Source: Octopus sinensis
Taxonomy: Eukaryota
Assembly (NCBI RefSeq): GCF_006345805.1
Contig: NC_043023.1
Location: forward strand, 14,198,001-14,262,000
Direction: 5' to 3'
Length of the DNA stretch: 64,000 nt
In this document: positions 1 to 11,767 of the stretch, piece after piece
Numbering within the stretch: the first letter of the stretch is position 1
How the letters are laid out: each line of letters begins with the position of its first letter
The notes under the pieces: model-generated
Told to the model about the DNA's origin: nothing
Databases searched by the model: none
What the model saw: the letters and a program-made list of their open reading frames with translations, nothing else
Program-made: the position numbers and the translations under genes

Positions 1-553
1 CTCGGAATAATCTGGAACAAACTTCGCTTCGTCGACCATCGACTCCTTCCGCTCGAACCTCTCCCCAACCCTTGCAGCCACACCACCACCACCACCGCCG
101 CCGCCACTTCCCCCACCACCGTCCTTCGAGTCGCTCGACCGTGCGATCCTCACGTCCTGGTGATGATGGTGGTGGTGACGCTGTCTTTGTGGTTGATGGT
201 GGTGATGATGATGGTGGTGCCCTTTTGCCTGAGATGATACAGATGACAGCGAAGCCGACCCAGCTGCAGCGACGGCAGCAGACGCCACGTTGGACGACGG
301 TCCTGCTGCCGATGAAGAGAAAGTGGACGGCGAGACGAGCGCCGCTTCCCTCGACGTCGGCCGATGGTTGCGGCCCACTGCGATCCGTCTGTCAACTGGT
401 TCTGCACGGGACTTCTCTCCCCCGGCAATTGTGATCTGAACAGACCCTGGTTTGCGGGTGTCCTTGTCATCTACGTAGACCTTGCGTGGGGGTAACATGG
501 ATGGCTTCAGACGTTTCTCTGTTATGGCCTTCTCTGCACTCTCTATCACAGAT
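1..553 (-). CDS. RBBP6: RBBP6 exon 15 of 15 in window (C-terminal low-complexity region; runs off the window start)
   Basis: Acceptor tattttcag at 554-555; phase 2 joins AA|A (Lys). Open for 184 codons to base 1: SVIESAEKAITEKRLKPSML...poly-His...poly-Gly...ESMVDEAKFVPDYSE. This frame is absent from the ORF track. Confidence 0.88.
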
Positions 554-624
554 CTGAAAATATAGAGAGAGAAAATACACAGCATTAATAGAAGGAGAGA
601 GAGAGGGAGAGAGTGTGTGTGTGT

Positions 625-720
625 GTAGACAGACAGACAGACAGAGAGAGAGACAGATAGATAGAATGACAGATAGATAAGTAGATAGGCAGATAGATAG
701 ATAGACAGACAAACAGATAG

Positions 721-751
<31 letters not shown>

Positions 752-888
752 TAGACAGACAGATAGATAGATAGACAGACAGACGGATAGATAGACAGAC
801 AGACAGACGGATAGATTGATAGATGGATGGATGGATGGATACATAGACAGATAGATAGATAGATAGATAGATAGATAAGTAGATAGGC

Positions 889-927
<39 letters not shown>

Positions 928-1140
928 TAGAGATAGATAGACAGACAGACAGACGGATAGATAGACAGACAGACGGATAGATAGATAGATAGACAGGCAG
1001 ACAGACAGACAGATAGATAGACAGACAGACGGATAGATCGATAGATGGATGGATGGATAGATAGATACAGATAGATAGATAAGTAGATAGGCAGATAGAT
1101 AGACAGACAGACTGCTAGCTAGCTAGATAGATAGATGGAT
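625..1140. repeat. Compound (GATA)n/(GACA)n/(GATG)n microsatellite
   Basis: Direct inspection. Confidence 0.95.
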
Positions 1141-1327
1141 ACAATATATGAGAGAAAGAGGGAGGTATGAGTACAATATCCAGGTGGATCCCATTCAAGC
1201 CCTTAGTTATAATCCAGATTAAGGTTAACTGCATTGAGTTGTAATGAGAACCTAGAATTACTCGAGGTAAACAATCCCACTGTATGGGTAAATCGTGGGT
1301 TCTCCTTCGCTCATTTATTTAACCAAA

Positions 1328-1690
1328 TCTCTATATATATAAAGCTGAAGTTGTCTGTGTGTGTATGGCAGGTTTGGTAGCCTTCAACTAACACTATCTC
1401 CTCTGAGACCCTGTGGTGCAAGTTGACCAAAATTGAGAGTATGATAGAAGAAGGCTTGCTCTTCATTCCGTAGAAGAAAAAATTCAAATCGGACCATGTT
1501 AACACCAAAAATTATTTACATCAAAAAGGTGCTTTTTTTTCTATGGAAATCCCTATTTTCTACGATTTTTTGACTGCTGTGTCGTCATTTTTCGGTGTAT
1601 TTCAACCAGAAAAATGTTCACTTAAATTATATATTACAGTGTGTTATATTGTATTGGGCATACAAGAAAGCCAAAAAAAAATGTTTTATT
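1328..1690 (+). mobile_element. Non-autonomous Helitron-like element, 5' part only
   Basis: A|TC start and body homologous to copies at 46888-47280 and 29780-30173; no CTAG end. Confidence 0.65.
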
Positions 1691-1801
1691 TTGACACATT
1701 CTACCAGTATATAAGGTTTTAAAGTGTTTAGTTAACTAGAAATTGTCTGCCGTTCAAAAGGAAAAGATCCTAAAATAGATATAAAAGTTTTGTGGACTTA
1801 C

Positions 1802-3073
1802 TTTGGTAGAGGTTTCCGTTCTAGTGGTTTCTTCTTTGGTTTCATTGGTTCCATATGTACTTCATAGTCGTCCCTCTCCCACTTGGAAAGCTCTGGGGCC
1901 GGCAACATCATGTCAGACTCGTGTCGGCCACTCCACTCCAATGCCTTGCTGCCATATTCAGCCTCTTGTAGTCCTTTCTCCGTCGCAGACACTTCCCTGC
2001 GGCTTTTCTTTGACGTCAATGTCTTTTCTATGTCCTCTGTTGACGGTCCACCACCGGAGCCCTTCTGTGCCAATTCGACGGGCTGCTGCTGCAGACGAGC
2101 CTTTCGCTTCAGCTTTGCAGCAGATGATGCTGCTGCGGACGCAGCAGTAACCACAGCACGTGACGACGATGATGCAACTGCAACCGCTCTGGTGTCACCG
2201 ACGTGAGCTGTCTCTTTCGCATCAGCCAGTGTTGTGAGGTGAACCATCTTCGGATTAGCCGTCACGGCCTGCGGATCAATGTGGGTCTCTTGCATTCGCT
2301 TGCTAGCTGCCCCGCCAACCGTTTTCTCCGCTGCTTCTCTTCGCTTGGCGGCAGCGACACTGGAAACAGCTGCAGTGTTGGTAGCACCAGCAGCAGTTGC
2401 TGCAGTGGAGCCAGGATTGTTGGCATTTACAGGGCACCCACCATCTTTCAAATTCTCAGACCCTTGCTTCCCATACATATCCAACGGCACCGAAGGATTC
2501 TTTGATGCCGAAGCCTTCTCCGACTTCACTCTCTTTGACTCAGCCTTTTTCTTCTCCTTCGACAAGGCCTTATCTCCGGCCCTTGATGTGGATTTCTTCG
2601 CGGACACCAAACCTACAGCACTGGACTTCTCTCGTGCCAACCGCTCAGCCTTCTCTTCTCGCTTCCGTTCCAGCCTCTTATGGTGACCGTCCTCGTCCAC
2701 CACCTTGCTTGCCTTCTTAGCCTTCTCCTTCGTCGGCTTCGCTGCAGGGGCTGGCTCACCCCCGGCAGCCGACTTTCCAGGTTTGCTGTCGCCCTTGTCG
2801 CGGGGCCTCTCCCTGCGCAATGGGCTTCGGCTCACTGGTCTCTTGCGGGGTCGGTTTGGTGGAGAGTTGCTTCCGACGACGACGTTCACAGCGGCGGGGG
2901 CTATCGGTTGGGTCACCGGCCGTCCTCTTATGTCATAGTATGGCCGGTCGTACCCGGTTGCAACTGAAGATGCAGCAGACGCCGGGAGTGTGGAAGGTGC
3001 AGGATACGTGGTGTGGGGCGCATATCTGGAGAAGTAGTCTCTGTAATAATCTTCGTAGGCGTGGCTGTCATAT
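1802..3073 (-). CDS. RBBP6: RBBP6 exon 14 (Tyr-rich, Lys-rich and Ala-rich region)
   Basis: Acceptor tctttccag at 3074-3075; donor AA|gtaagt at 1800-1801 (the ORF-track stop is the donor). 1272 nt, phase 2-2; contains PELSKWERDDYE. Confidence 0.92.
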
Positions 3074-3227
3074 CTGGAAAGACAGAAAAATAAATAAAAC
3101 AAATAAATGAATAAAACTTGTAGAAAAATGGGCAAAATTAGCAAAAATTTTGGAAAAAGGAGATTATTTGAAACAAGAGGTAAAAAATTAAGTTTGCTTC
3201 TGAAAAACATAGTTTGGGATTCAAATA

Positions 3228-3605
3228 TACTCTTTTTACTATTTACACTTTTACTTGTATCAGTCATTTGACTGTGGCCATGCTGGAGCACCGCCTTTAG
3301 TCGAGCAAATCGACCTCAGGACTTATTCTTTGGAAGCCTAGCACTAATTCTATCCATCTCCTTTGCCGAACAGGGATGTAAACACACCAGCATCGGTTGT
3401 CAAGCGACGTTGTGGGGACAAACACAGACACAAACATATACACACACACTCACACATATATATATATACAGGGCTTCTTTCAGTTTCTGTCTACTAAATC
3501 CACTCACAAGGATTTGGTTGGCCCGAGGCTATAGTAGAAGACACTTGCCCAAGGTGCCACGCAGTGGTACTGAACTCGGAACCATGTGGTTCATAAGGAA
3601 GCTAA
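3228..3605 (-). mobile_element. tRNA-derived SINE family A
   Basis: Matches other copies: GGTTCAGTCCCACTGCGTGGCACCTTGGGCAAGTG core and (AAAGAGT)n tail. Confidence 0.85.
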
Positions 3606-3780
3606 TCATAATCAAATGGCAGGAAAACAAACTGAGTTTTAGTATAATATAGACAGATAGATATGTACACACACACAAGCCTATATATATATATATATAT
3701 ATAGCAAATAAGAAAATGGAGAAGCATAATAGTTGGTTCATCAACTTTAAAACATATTTATATTTATTATAATTGTACTT

Positions 3781-3910
3781 TATAATCTCTGACGAGGCCT
3801 AGAGATATATATAACTTCCTCATTTTCAACTGCCTATTACCTCAATACACTTGAGAGATGCAGAATGAGATGCTTTTATCTACGGGCTGAAACAGCTGTA
3901 AGTGATTTTA
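3781..3910 (+). ncRNA. Minimal hammerhead motif with enlarged stem II
   Basis: CUGACGA 3789-3795; GGCC/GGCU stem II; GAAA 3889-3892; palindromic ACAGCUGU; GUA 3898-3900; weak bulged stem I. Confidence 0.55.
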
Positions 3911-4005
3911 ATAATTTATATTCATGTCTTTTAATAATTGCTTGTATTCTTATTTTATATGCATTGAATAATATAGTATATGTATGTATGTTTTGAGGGT
4001 TGTCA

Positions 4006-4325
4006 TGCGTGGCACCTTGGGCAAGTGTCTTCTATTATAGCCTCGGGCCGACCAAAGCCTTGTGAGTGGATTTGGTAGACGGAAACTGAAAGAAGCCCGT
4101 CGTATATATGTATATATGTGTGCGTGAATGTTTGTGTTTGTCCCTCTAGCAATGCTTGACAACCGATGCTGGTGTGTTTATGTTCCCGTCACTTAGCGGT
4201 TCAGCAAAAGAGACCGATAGAATAAGTACTGGGCTTACAAAGAATAAGTCCCGGGGTCGAGTTGCTCGATTAAAGGCGGTGCTCCAGCATGGCCGCAGTC
4301 AAATGACTGAAACAAGTAAAAGAGT
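4006..4325 (+). mobile_element. SINE family A, 5'-truncated
   Basis: Homology to family A copies. Confidence 0.85.
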
Positions 4326-4369
4326 GTATATATATAAATAACATATGTATAAACTAATGCAATCCTCAC

Positions 4370-5020
4370 CTGTAGTAGTCTTCTGGCCGTTGAGGTGGTG
4401 TGTAGTGGGGAAAGCGGGGTGGGAATGGTCTTTCAGGTGGGGAGAAGCGTTTACCAGGCCCATGACTGCTGCTGTTGGCAGCACTGGTCCCTGCTGGGGC
4501 AGCTGTGGATCGTAGACTACGGTTGTATGATGGGGACCAATCTTTGCGATAAAATGGGTCTCTGGTAGAAATAGGGGCCAGAGGGGATCGGGTACGGCCT
4601 CTGCTACGGTAAGGGGGTGTTCGGCTTCTTCTGCTGCTGCGTCCAGGAGAGCGTGAGTGACGATGGTGATGGTGGTGGTGATGGTAGAAGGTGGATAGTG
4701 GAGAGCGTGACCGCGACCGGCTGCGGGATATCGAGCGCGACCTCGACCGGGACCTTGAGTACTTGCGAGCTGGCGTGTAGGAGCGCGAACGGGACCGTGA
4801 TCTGGTGCGCGACCTGTAGCGTCGGCCCCGCGATGAAGCTGGTGGAGGGCCGCGCGAGCTGGACCGTGACCGCGACGATGATGAACCGCCCCTCGATGGC
4901 GATGAGGATCTGTATCGGCTACGGGAACGTGACCGTGACGACGACCTCGACCGATATGGTGACCTTGACAACGACCTCGGCGACCTGGAGTATGAACGAC
5001 TGTTGGAACGACTCCTTGAC
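4370..5020 (-). CDS. RBBP6: RBBP6 exon 13 (RS domain)
   Basis: Acceptor atttacag at 5021-5022; donor AG|gtgagg at 4368-4369. 651 nt, phase 2-2; SRSRSNSRSYSRSP...HHHHHHH...PEDYYR. Confidence 0.93.
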
Positions 5021-5129
5021 CTGTAAATATATTGAAAGAGAACATTAGCATGGTCACTTTTAGTATAAATATACATGTATATACACACACACAGAAATAG
5101 ACACCCATATACATACATCTAGATACAGG

Positions 5130-6490
5130 CAAGTTGTCACATGTACAGACATACTGTCACACACATAGACACTGTCACATCTAGACACAGCTATACACAC
5201 TGACAAATACAGACACACTGTCACATACCTACAGACACACAATCAGACATCTATACACAAACATACCATCACAACTACAAATCACTACTTATCTAGCAAC
5301 AATGTCACTGACACATATCTACAAATACACTGTACCAACAAAGTCACATTATCACACATCTACAAATACAGTTACATGCCTACTGTCACGCATTTACAAA
5401 TACACTGTCACATATGTAGCAGCAATGTCACATACAGACACACCATCTCATCCACAAATACAGTTACAAAATTACTAACAACATTACAAACTGTTACACA
5501 TATACAAATACACTGTCACCTGTCTACCAATTATATCACATATCTACCAACAATGTGACATACAGATACTATCACACATCTACAAATACTGTCACATACC
5601 TACCAAGGGATCTTTACCTTTTGACCGACAGATTTTAAAAAATATTTTTTTGTAATTAAACACTTTCAAACTTCGGACACTGGTAGAATGTGTCGTATAA
5701 AACATCTTTTACTCTTAGCATTTTTGAGAAAAACTTATATTTACGAAGTAATTTCACGTTAAAGTAGTCCTATTTCGGTAATTTCAACCAATCAATGACG
5801 TGTATTCAGCTGAATAAAATAACTGCCGTTGTTTGCCAACAACAACTATCGGTGGTGTATATTTCGTTTGTCACTGTTATTTATGACATCGTTTGTGCAT
5901 TTGTACTGGTTTTAGTTTTAAGGTTTTAGGGTTAGGGTTTTAGAGTTAGGGTTAGAGTTTTGGAGAAAAATGAAAAGCGAAGCACAAATGATTATGGTGG
6001 TGCGATGAAGTAAACATGCTTCAGATAGACTCGTTTATTCATACAAACGTAACTGAAATGAAATATGTCATAATTAAGAGTGACAAACGAAATATACACT
6101 GCCAATAGTTGTTATTGACAAACAACGGCAGTAATTTTATTCAGCTGAATACATGTCATTGATTGGTTGAAATTACCGAAATACCACAACTTTAAAACAA
6201 AATAACTTCCAAAATACAGAATTTTCTCAACAACGCCAAGAGTAAAAGATGTTTTATGTGACACATTCTACCAGTGTCCGAAGTTTGAAAGTGTTTATAG
6301 TTACAAAAAATTATTTTCTATATCTGCCGGTCAAAAGGTAAAGACCTCTACCAAGAATGTCAAATACAGACACTGTCGCATCTATCAACAATGTCACATT
6401 TTCAAACACACTGATACATATTTACCAAGAACGTCAAATACAGGTACGTTGTTACACATCTAGAAATACACTGTGACGCTTACAGATAGA
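5130..6490. repeat. Degenerate minisatellite (cacatatctacaaatacactgt-like) interrupted by a foldback element
   Basis: Unit recurs at 5130-5600 and 6355-6490. Confidence 0.75.
5607..6348. mobile_element. Foldback/MITE with about 285-bp TIRs and 6-bp TSD TACCAA
   Basis: 5607-5890 is the imperfect reverse complement of 6065-6348; TACCAA at 5601-5606 and 6349-6354; TTAGGG-like repeats in the spacer. Confidence 0.8.
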
Positions 6491-6967
6491 CACACTACTC
6501 AAATGTGCTTATATTTTGATCAGGAAAATGTTTTCAGTTATTACCAAAAGCCACAGCAGGGCCATCGATCAGAAAAAAAAACAGAAATTTTTCTCACACA
6601 GAACATAAATACTAAACAACAAAACTACTAAAAATTAAATCTTTTTACTGTTAACCAACCAAAGACGATAACACAAAAGCAACAATGACACCAATAGCAA
6701 CAACAGGAATAACGACAAGCCAATTGGTGGAAGTGGACCTTTCTGTAGTCAATTCCATAGAAACAACAGCCAAATCTCCCTCAAATCACACACCAAAGTC
6801 TCAATGGTGAAGTCACATACTGTGTGTGTGTATGTATACATATACGTATAAATGTTTGATTATACATATATGTATGTATGTATGTATGTATGAATGAATG
6901 TTTGAGTATATATATATATATGAATGTGTGTGTATACATGTATGTATGAATGTGTGTATACATATAC

Positions 6968-7160
6968 ACTTTTACTTGTTTCAGTCATTTGACTGCGGTC
7001 ATGCTGGAGCACTGCTTTTGGTTGAACGAATTGACCCCAGGACTTATTCTTTGTAAGCCTAGTACTTATTCTATCGGTTACTTTTACCGAACCGCTAAGT
7101 TACGGGGACGTAAGCACACCAGCATCGGTTGTCGAGCGATGATGGGGGGGACAAACAAAG

Positions 7161-7204
<44 letters not shown>

Positions 7205-7366
7205 GATGGGCTTCTTTCAGTTTCCATCTACCAAATTCACCCACGAGGCTTTATTTGGCCCAAGGCTATAGTAGACGACACTTGCCCAAGGTGCCATGCA
7301 GTGGGAATGAACCCAGAACCATGTGGTTGGTAAGCAAGCTACTAACCACACAGCCACTCCTGTGCC
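6968..7366 (-). mobile_element. SINE family A, full length
   Basis: Head, internal (TA)n and tail all present. Confidence 0.85.
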
Positions 7367-7663
7367 TATATATACGTACAAATGTATGTGTATAGATATA
7401 AGAATGAATGTGTGTGTATACATCTGTATGAATGTGCATGTGTGTCTGTGTGTACACATGCACAGGTGTGGCTGTGATTGAGAAGCTAGCCTCCAATTAT
7501 ATGACCTTAGATTCAATCCCACTGTACAGTACCTTGGGCAAGTGTTTCCTACTATATCCCTAGACTGACCAAAGCCTTGTGAAAAGATTTGGTCGACAGA
7601 AACTGAAAGAAGCCTATCATATGTGTGTGTGTGTGTATATATACATATATATATATACATATA

Positions 7664-7825
7664 GGCGCAGGAGTGGCTGTGTGGTAAGTAGCTTGCTAAA
7701 CAACCACATGGTTCCAGGTTCAGTCCCACTGCGTGGCATCTTGGGCAAGTGTCTTCTGCTATAGCCCCAGGCCGACCAATGTCTTGTGAGTGGATTTGGT
7801 AGACGGAAACTGAAAGAAGCCTGTC

Positions 7826-7866
<41 letters not shown>

Positions 7867-8092
7867 CGTGTGTGTTTGTGTGTCTGTGTTTGTCTCCCTA
7901 GCATTGCTTGACAACCGATGCTGGTGTGTTTACGTCCCCGTCACTTAGCGGTTCGGCAAAAGACACTGATAGAATAAGTACTGGGCTTACAAAGATTAAG
8001 TCCTGGGGTTGATTTGCTCGACTAAAGGCGGTGCTCTAGCATGGCCGCAGTCAAATGACTGAAACAAGTAAAAGAGTAAAGAGCAAAAAAGA
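7664..8092 (+). mobile_element. SINE family A, full length
   Basis: GGCGCAGGAGTGGCTGTGTGG head to AAAGAGT tail. Confidence 0.88.
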
Positions 8093-8094
8093 GT

Positions 8095-8125
<31 letters not shown>

Positions 8126-8126
8126 G

Positions 8127-11100
8127 AGCCCATGCCTTCCACACCCTCAGGGTTGGCACCCTCAACGTTGGCACTCTGAAAGGTAGGTCTGGTGAGATAG
8201 TCGAGATGCTTGAACGGAGATGTGTGGATATATGTTGCATGCAAGAAATAAGGTGGAGAGGAGGATCAGCTAGGTTCCTCACAGGCAAGGAACGCAGGTA
8301 CAAGATTTTCTGGGCAGGGAACACTGACGGGTTGGTGGCGTGGGTATACTTATCGCTGAGAAATGGGTAGATAAAGTAATTGAGGTAATCAGAGTAAGTG
8401 ACAGAATACTTAAGATTAGATTAGTGCTTCATCATAGTTTAGCAACCATTATATCAGCCTATGCTCCTCAGTCGGGGCTACCCGATGGACAGAAAGACCG
8501 ATTCTATGACACTCTACTGCAGACTACCTCATTGACGAACGACAGAGACCTTATCTTTGTGGCTGGTGACTTCAATGGTCACGTTGGACGACATGCTGGG
8601 GGCTTCCATGGCGTACATGGCGGCTATGCTATGGCTCCCGCAACGAGGAGGGAACCAGGCTGCTGGAGTTCTGCGATGCAAATAATCTTATGATTTGCAA
8701 CACTAACTTCAGGAAACCTACCAGCCACCTAGTCACTTACCAATCGGGCCAACATACCAGCCAAATTGACTACATCCTTACAAGGCAAAGGGAGAGATGG
8801 CTGCTTATAAATGCCAAAACCTTCCCAGGTGAAGAATGTACCCCACAACATAGACTGGTAGTTAGTGACTTTAGGATCAGGACTAGGAGGACAACCAGAA
8901 GACGACAAATATGGAGAAGAAGGATCTGGAAGCTTAAAGATCCTGCAAATGGACAGAGATTTAGGGACATATTACTTGAAGCCTCTGACGAAGTAGAAGG
9001 GGATAGAGCATCACAGGGGGTAGAAGACAGCTGGACGTTTCTAAGGGACAACCTGCTGAGAGCCACTGACCAGATCTGTGGCTGGTGCAAAGTCCTAGAA
9101 TAACGTGGTGGTGGAACAATATTGTAGACAGGGCTATTAGAGAAAAGAGACAGGCTTGGAAGGTCTGGAAAAATGGGGGTAGCAGGGAATTGTATCAGAC
9201 TGCCAAAAGAGAAGCTAGGAGACAGGTTTATTTAGCCAGAGGGGAAGCAGATAAGAAAAAATTTGCCAATGTTCTGCGCCGTGAGGACCAAAGACTGGAG
9301 GTGTTTCGTGTTGCAAGACAGTGTGTGAGAGAGAATCGTGATGTGGTAGGAGAGAAGTGTGTTCGCATGGAAGATGGTTCACTTGCGCTAAATGAGGATG
9401 CAAAGAGAGAGGTCTGGAGATGCCACTATGAAAGGTTGCTGAATGAAGAAAATGAATGGGATAAAGAGAGTCTGCCGAATGTTGACCCAACAGAGGGACC
9501 AGCTATCCGAGTTGATAGTTCTGTGGTAGCTAAGGCAATTAGAAGCATGAAGACAGGGAAAGCCCCAGGCCCATCAGGAATCACTGCAGAGATGCTCAAA
9601 ATGTCTGGTAGTGTCGGCTATAGCCTAGTCACCCATATAGTTAATCAGGTGATACACAAAGGGGTCATACCCAATGACTGGTGTAGCAGTATAATAGTCA
9701 ACTGCTACAAAGGTAAAGGTGATGCCCTAGATACAAATAACTACAGAGGTATCAAGCTGTTGGACCAGGTGATGAAGGTTACGGAGAGGGTCATAGCCCA
9801 ACTAATTAGAGAGAGAGTTAGTTTAGATGAGATGCAGTTTGGGTTTGTGCCAGGGAAAAGTACTACTGATGCTATATTCCTGGTAAGGCAGCTGCAGGAG
9901 AAATACCTAGCCAAAGATAAGCCCCTGTACCTGGCTTTTGTTGACATGGAGAAAGCCTTCGACAGGGTCCCCCGATCCCTTATCTGGTGGGCAATGAGAA
10001 AACTAGGGATAGATGAATGGTTAGTGAGAGCTGTGCGGGCCATGTATAGGGACACTGCTAGTAGGGTGAGGGTGGGAAACGAGTACAGTGAAGAATTCCG
10101 GGTAGAGGTAGGGGTCCACCAAGGCTCAGTACTCAGCCCCCTCCTATTTATCTTAGTCCTCCAGGCAATAACGGAGGAATTCAAGACAGGATGCCCTTGG
10201 GAGCTCCTCTATGCTGATGACCTTGCTCTAATTGCTGAGTCGCTATCAGAACTGGAGGAGAAGTTTCAGGTGTGGAAACAAGGATTAGAATCGAAGGGCC
10301 TCAGAGTCAATCTAGCTAAAACCAAAGTCGTAATCAGTAGGAAGGTAGACAAATCACAACACCTTCAGGTAGATGGCCCTGCTCGATCTGTAGAAAAGGT
10401 GTAGGTAGAAACTCTATAAGATGCACCAAGTGTAAGCTATGGACACATAAGAGATGCAGCAATGTCAAAGGAAGGCTAACTAGGAAGATGGTTTTTGTAT
10501 GTGGCAGATGCTCAGGAACAATAAACACTGAAAATGCTCTGAGACCAACTTCCGTCACTTTCCAGGGAGAAAAACTAGAAATAGTTGATAGTTTCCGTTA
10601 CCTAGGTGACCAAGTCAGCAGCGGGGGCGGGTGTGCTGAAAGTGTAACTGCTAGAGTAAGAATAGCTTGGGCAAAGTTCAGAGAGCTCTTACCTCTGCTG
10701 GTGACAAAAGGCCTCTCGCACAGAGTGAAAGGCAGACTGTATGATGCGTGTGTACGAACAGCCATGCTACATGGCAGTGAAACATGGGCCGTGACTGCTG
10801 AGGATATGCGTAAGCTCGCTAGAAATGAAGCCAGTATGCTCCGATGGATGTGTAATGCCGGTACTCACACTCGGCAGAGTGTAAGTACCTTGAGAGAAAA
10901 GCTGGACCTAAGAAGCATCAGTTGTGGTGTGCAAGAGAGACGTTTGCGCTGGTATGGTCATGTGGCGAGAATGGATGAAGGTAGTTGTGTGAAAAAGTGC
11001 CACACCCTAGCGGTTGAGGGAACCTGTGGAAGAGGCAGACCCAGGAAAACCTGGGACGAGGTGGTGAAGCACGACCTTCGAACTTTAGGTCTCACTGAGG

Positions 11101-11760
11101 AAATGACTAGAGACCGAGACCTCTGGAAGTGTGCTGTGCGCGAGAAGACCCAGCAGGACAAGTGAGTCCACAACCTGTGGCCTTCTACATGGGATGGAGC
11201 CAGCCTACGTATGCATACCTTCCCTTCTTGGGACACAAAACTCTACTTGTGAAGACGTGTTGAGGCAAGTGAGGATCAGAATCGAAATCGATCAATGGAA
11301 ATTGCGGATGTGCTACCAGTGCCGGTGGCATGTCGAAACTCTGCTTGTGAAGACCCATTGAGGCAAGTGAGGATCAGAATCGAAATCGATCAATGGAAAT
11401 TGCAGATGTGTTACCAGTGTCGGTGGCATGTAAGAGAACTTTCCGTTTCGCGACCGTTGCCAGCACCGCCCCGTTTCGTGTCCGTTGCCAGCCTCGCTGG
11501 CCCTCGTGCCGGTGGCACATAAAAAGCACCATCCGTTCATGGCCGTTTGCCAGCTCTGTCTGGCACCAGTGCGGGTGGCACGTAAAAAGCACCCACTACA
11601 CTCACGGAGTGGTTGGCGTTAGGAAGGGCATCCAGCCGTAGAAACACTGCCAGATTTGACTGGGCCTGATGAAGCCTTCTGGCTTCACAGACCCCAGTAG
11701 AACCGTCCAACCCATGCTAGCATGGAAAACGGACGCTAAATGATGATGATGATGATGATG
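8127..11760 (+). mobile_element. RTE-clade LINE: APE endonuclease plus reverse transcriptase, four frameshifts, long 3' UTR with (TGA)n tail
   Basis: RVGTLNVGTL...CMQE, VAGDFNGHVG, SQIDYIL, QHRLV (APE); KGKGD..NYRGI, QFGF, KAFDRV, GVHQGSVLSP, LLYADD, YLG, MLHGSETW, RLRWYGHV, RGRPRKTW across ORFs 8340-11165. Confidence 0.95.
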
Positions 11761-11767
11761 ATATATA

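Noticed and set aside
72-5132. Plus-strand and alternative-frame ORFs over exons 13-15
   Set aside because: Shadows of GC-rich RBBP6 exons
5920-5960. TTAGGG repeats as an interstitial telomere
   Set aside because: Few, degenerate, and inside a foldback element
11660-11700. CTGATGAAGCCTTCTGGCTTCA (also at 29430)
   Set aside because: Hairpin in the RTE tail with no GAAA or stem III; other copies read CTGGTGCAG
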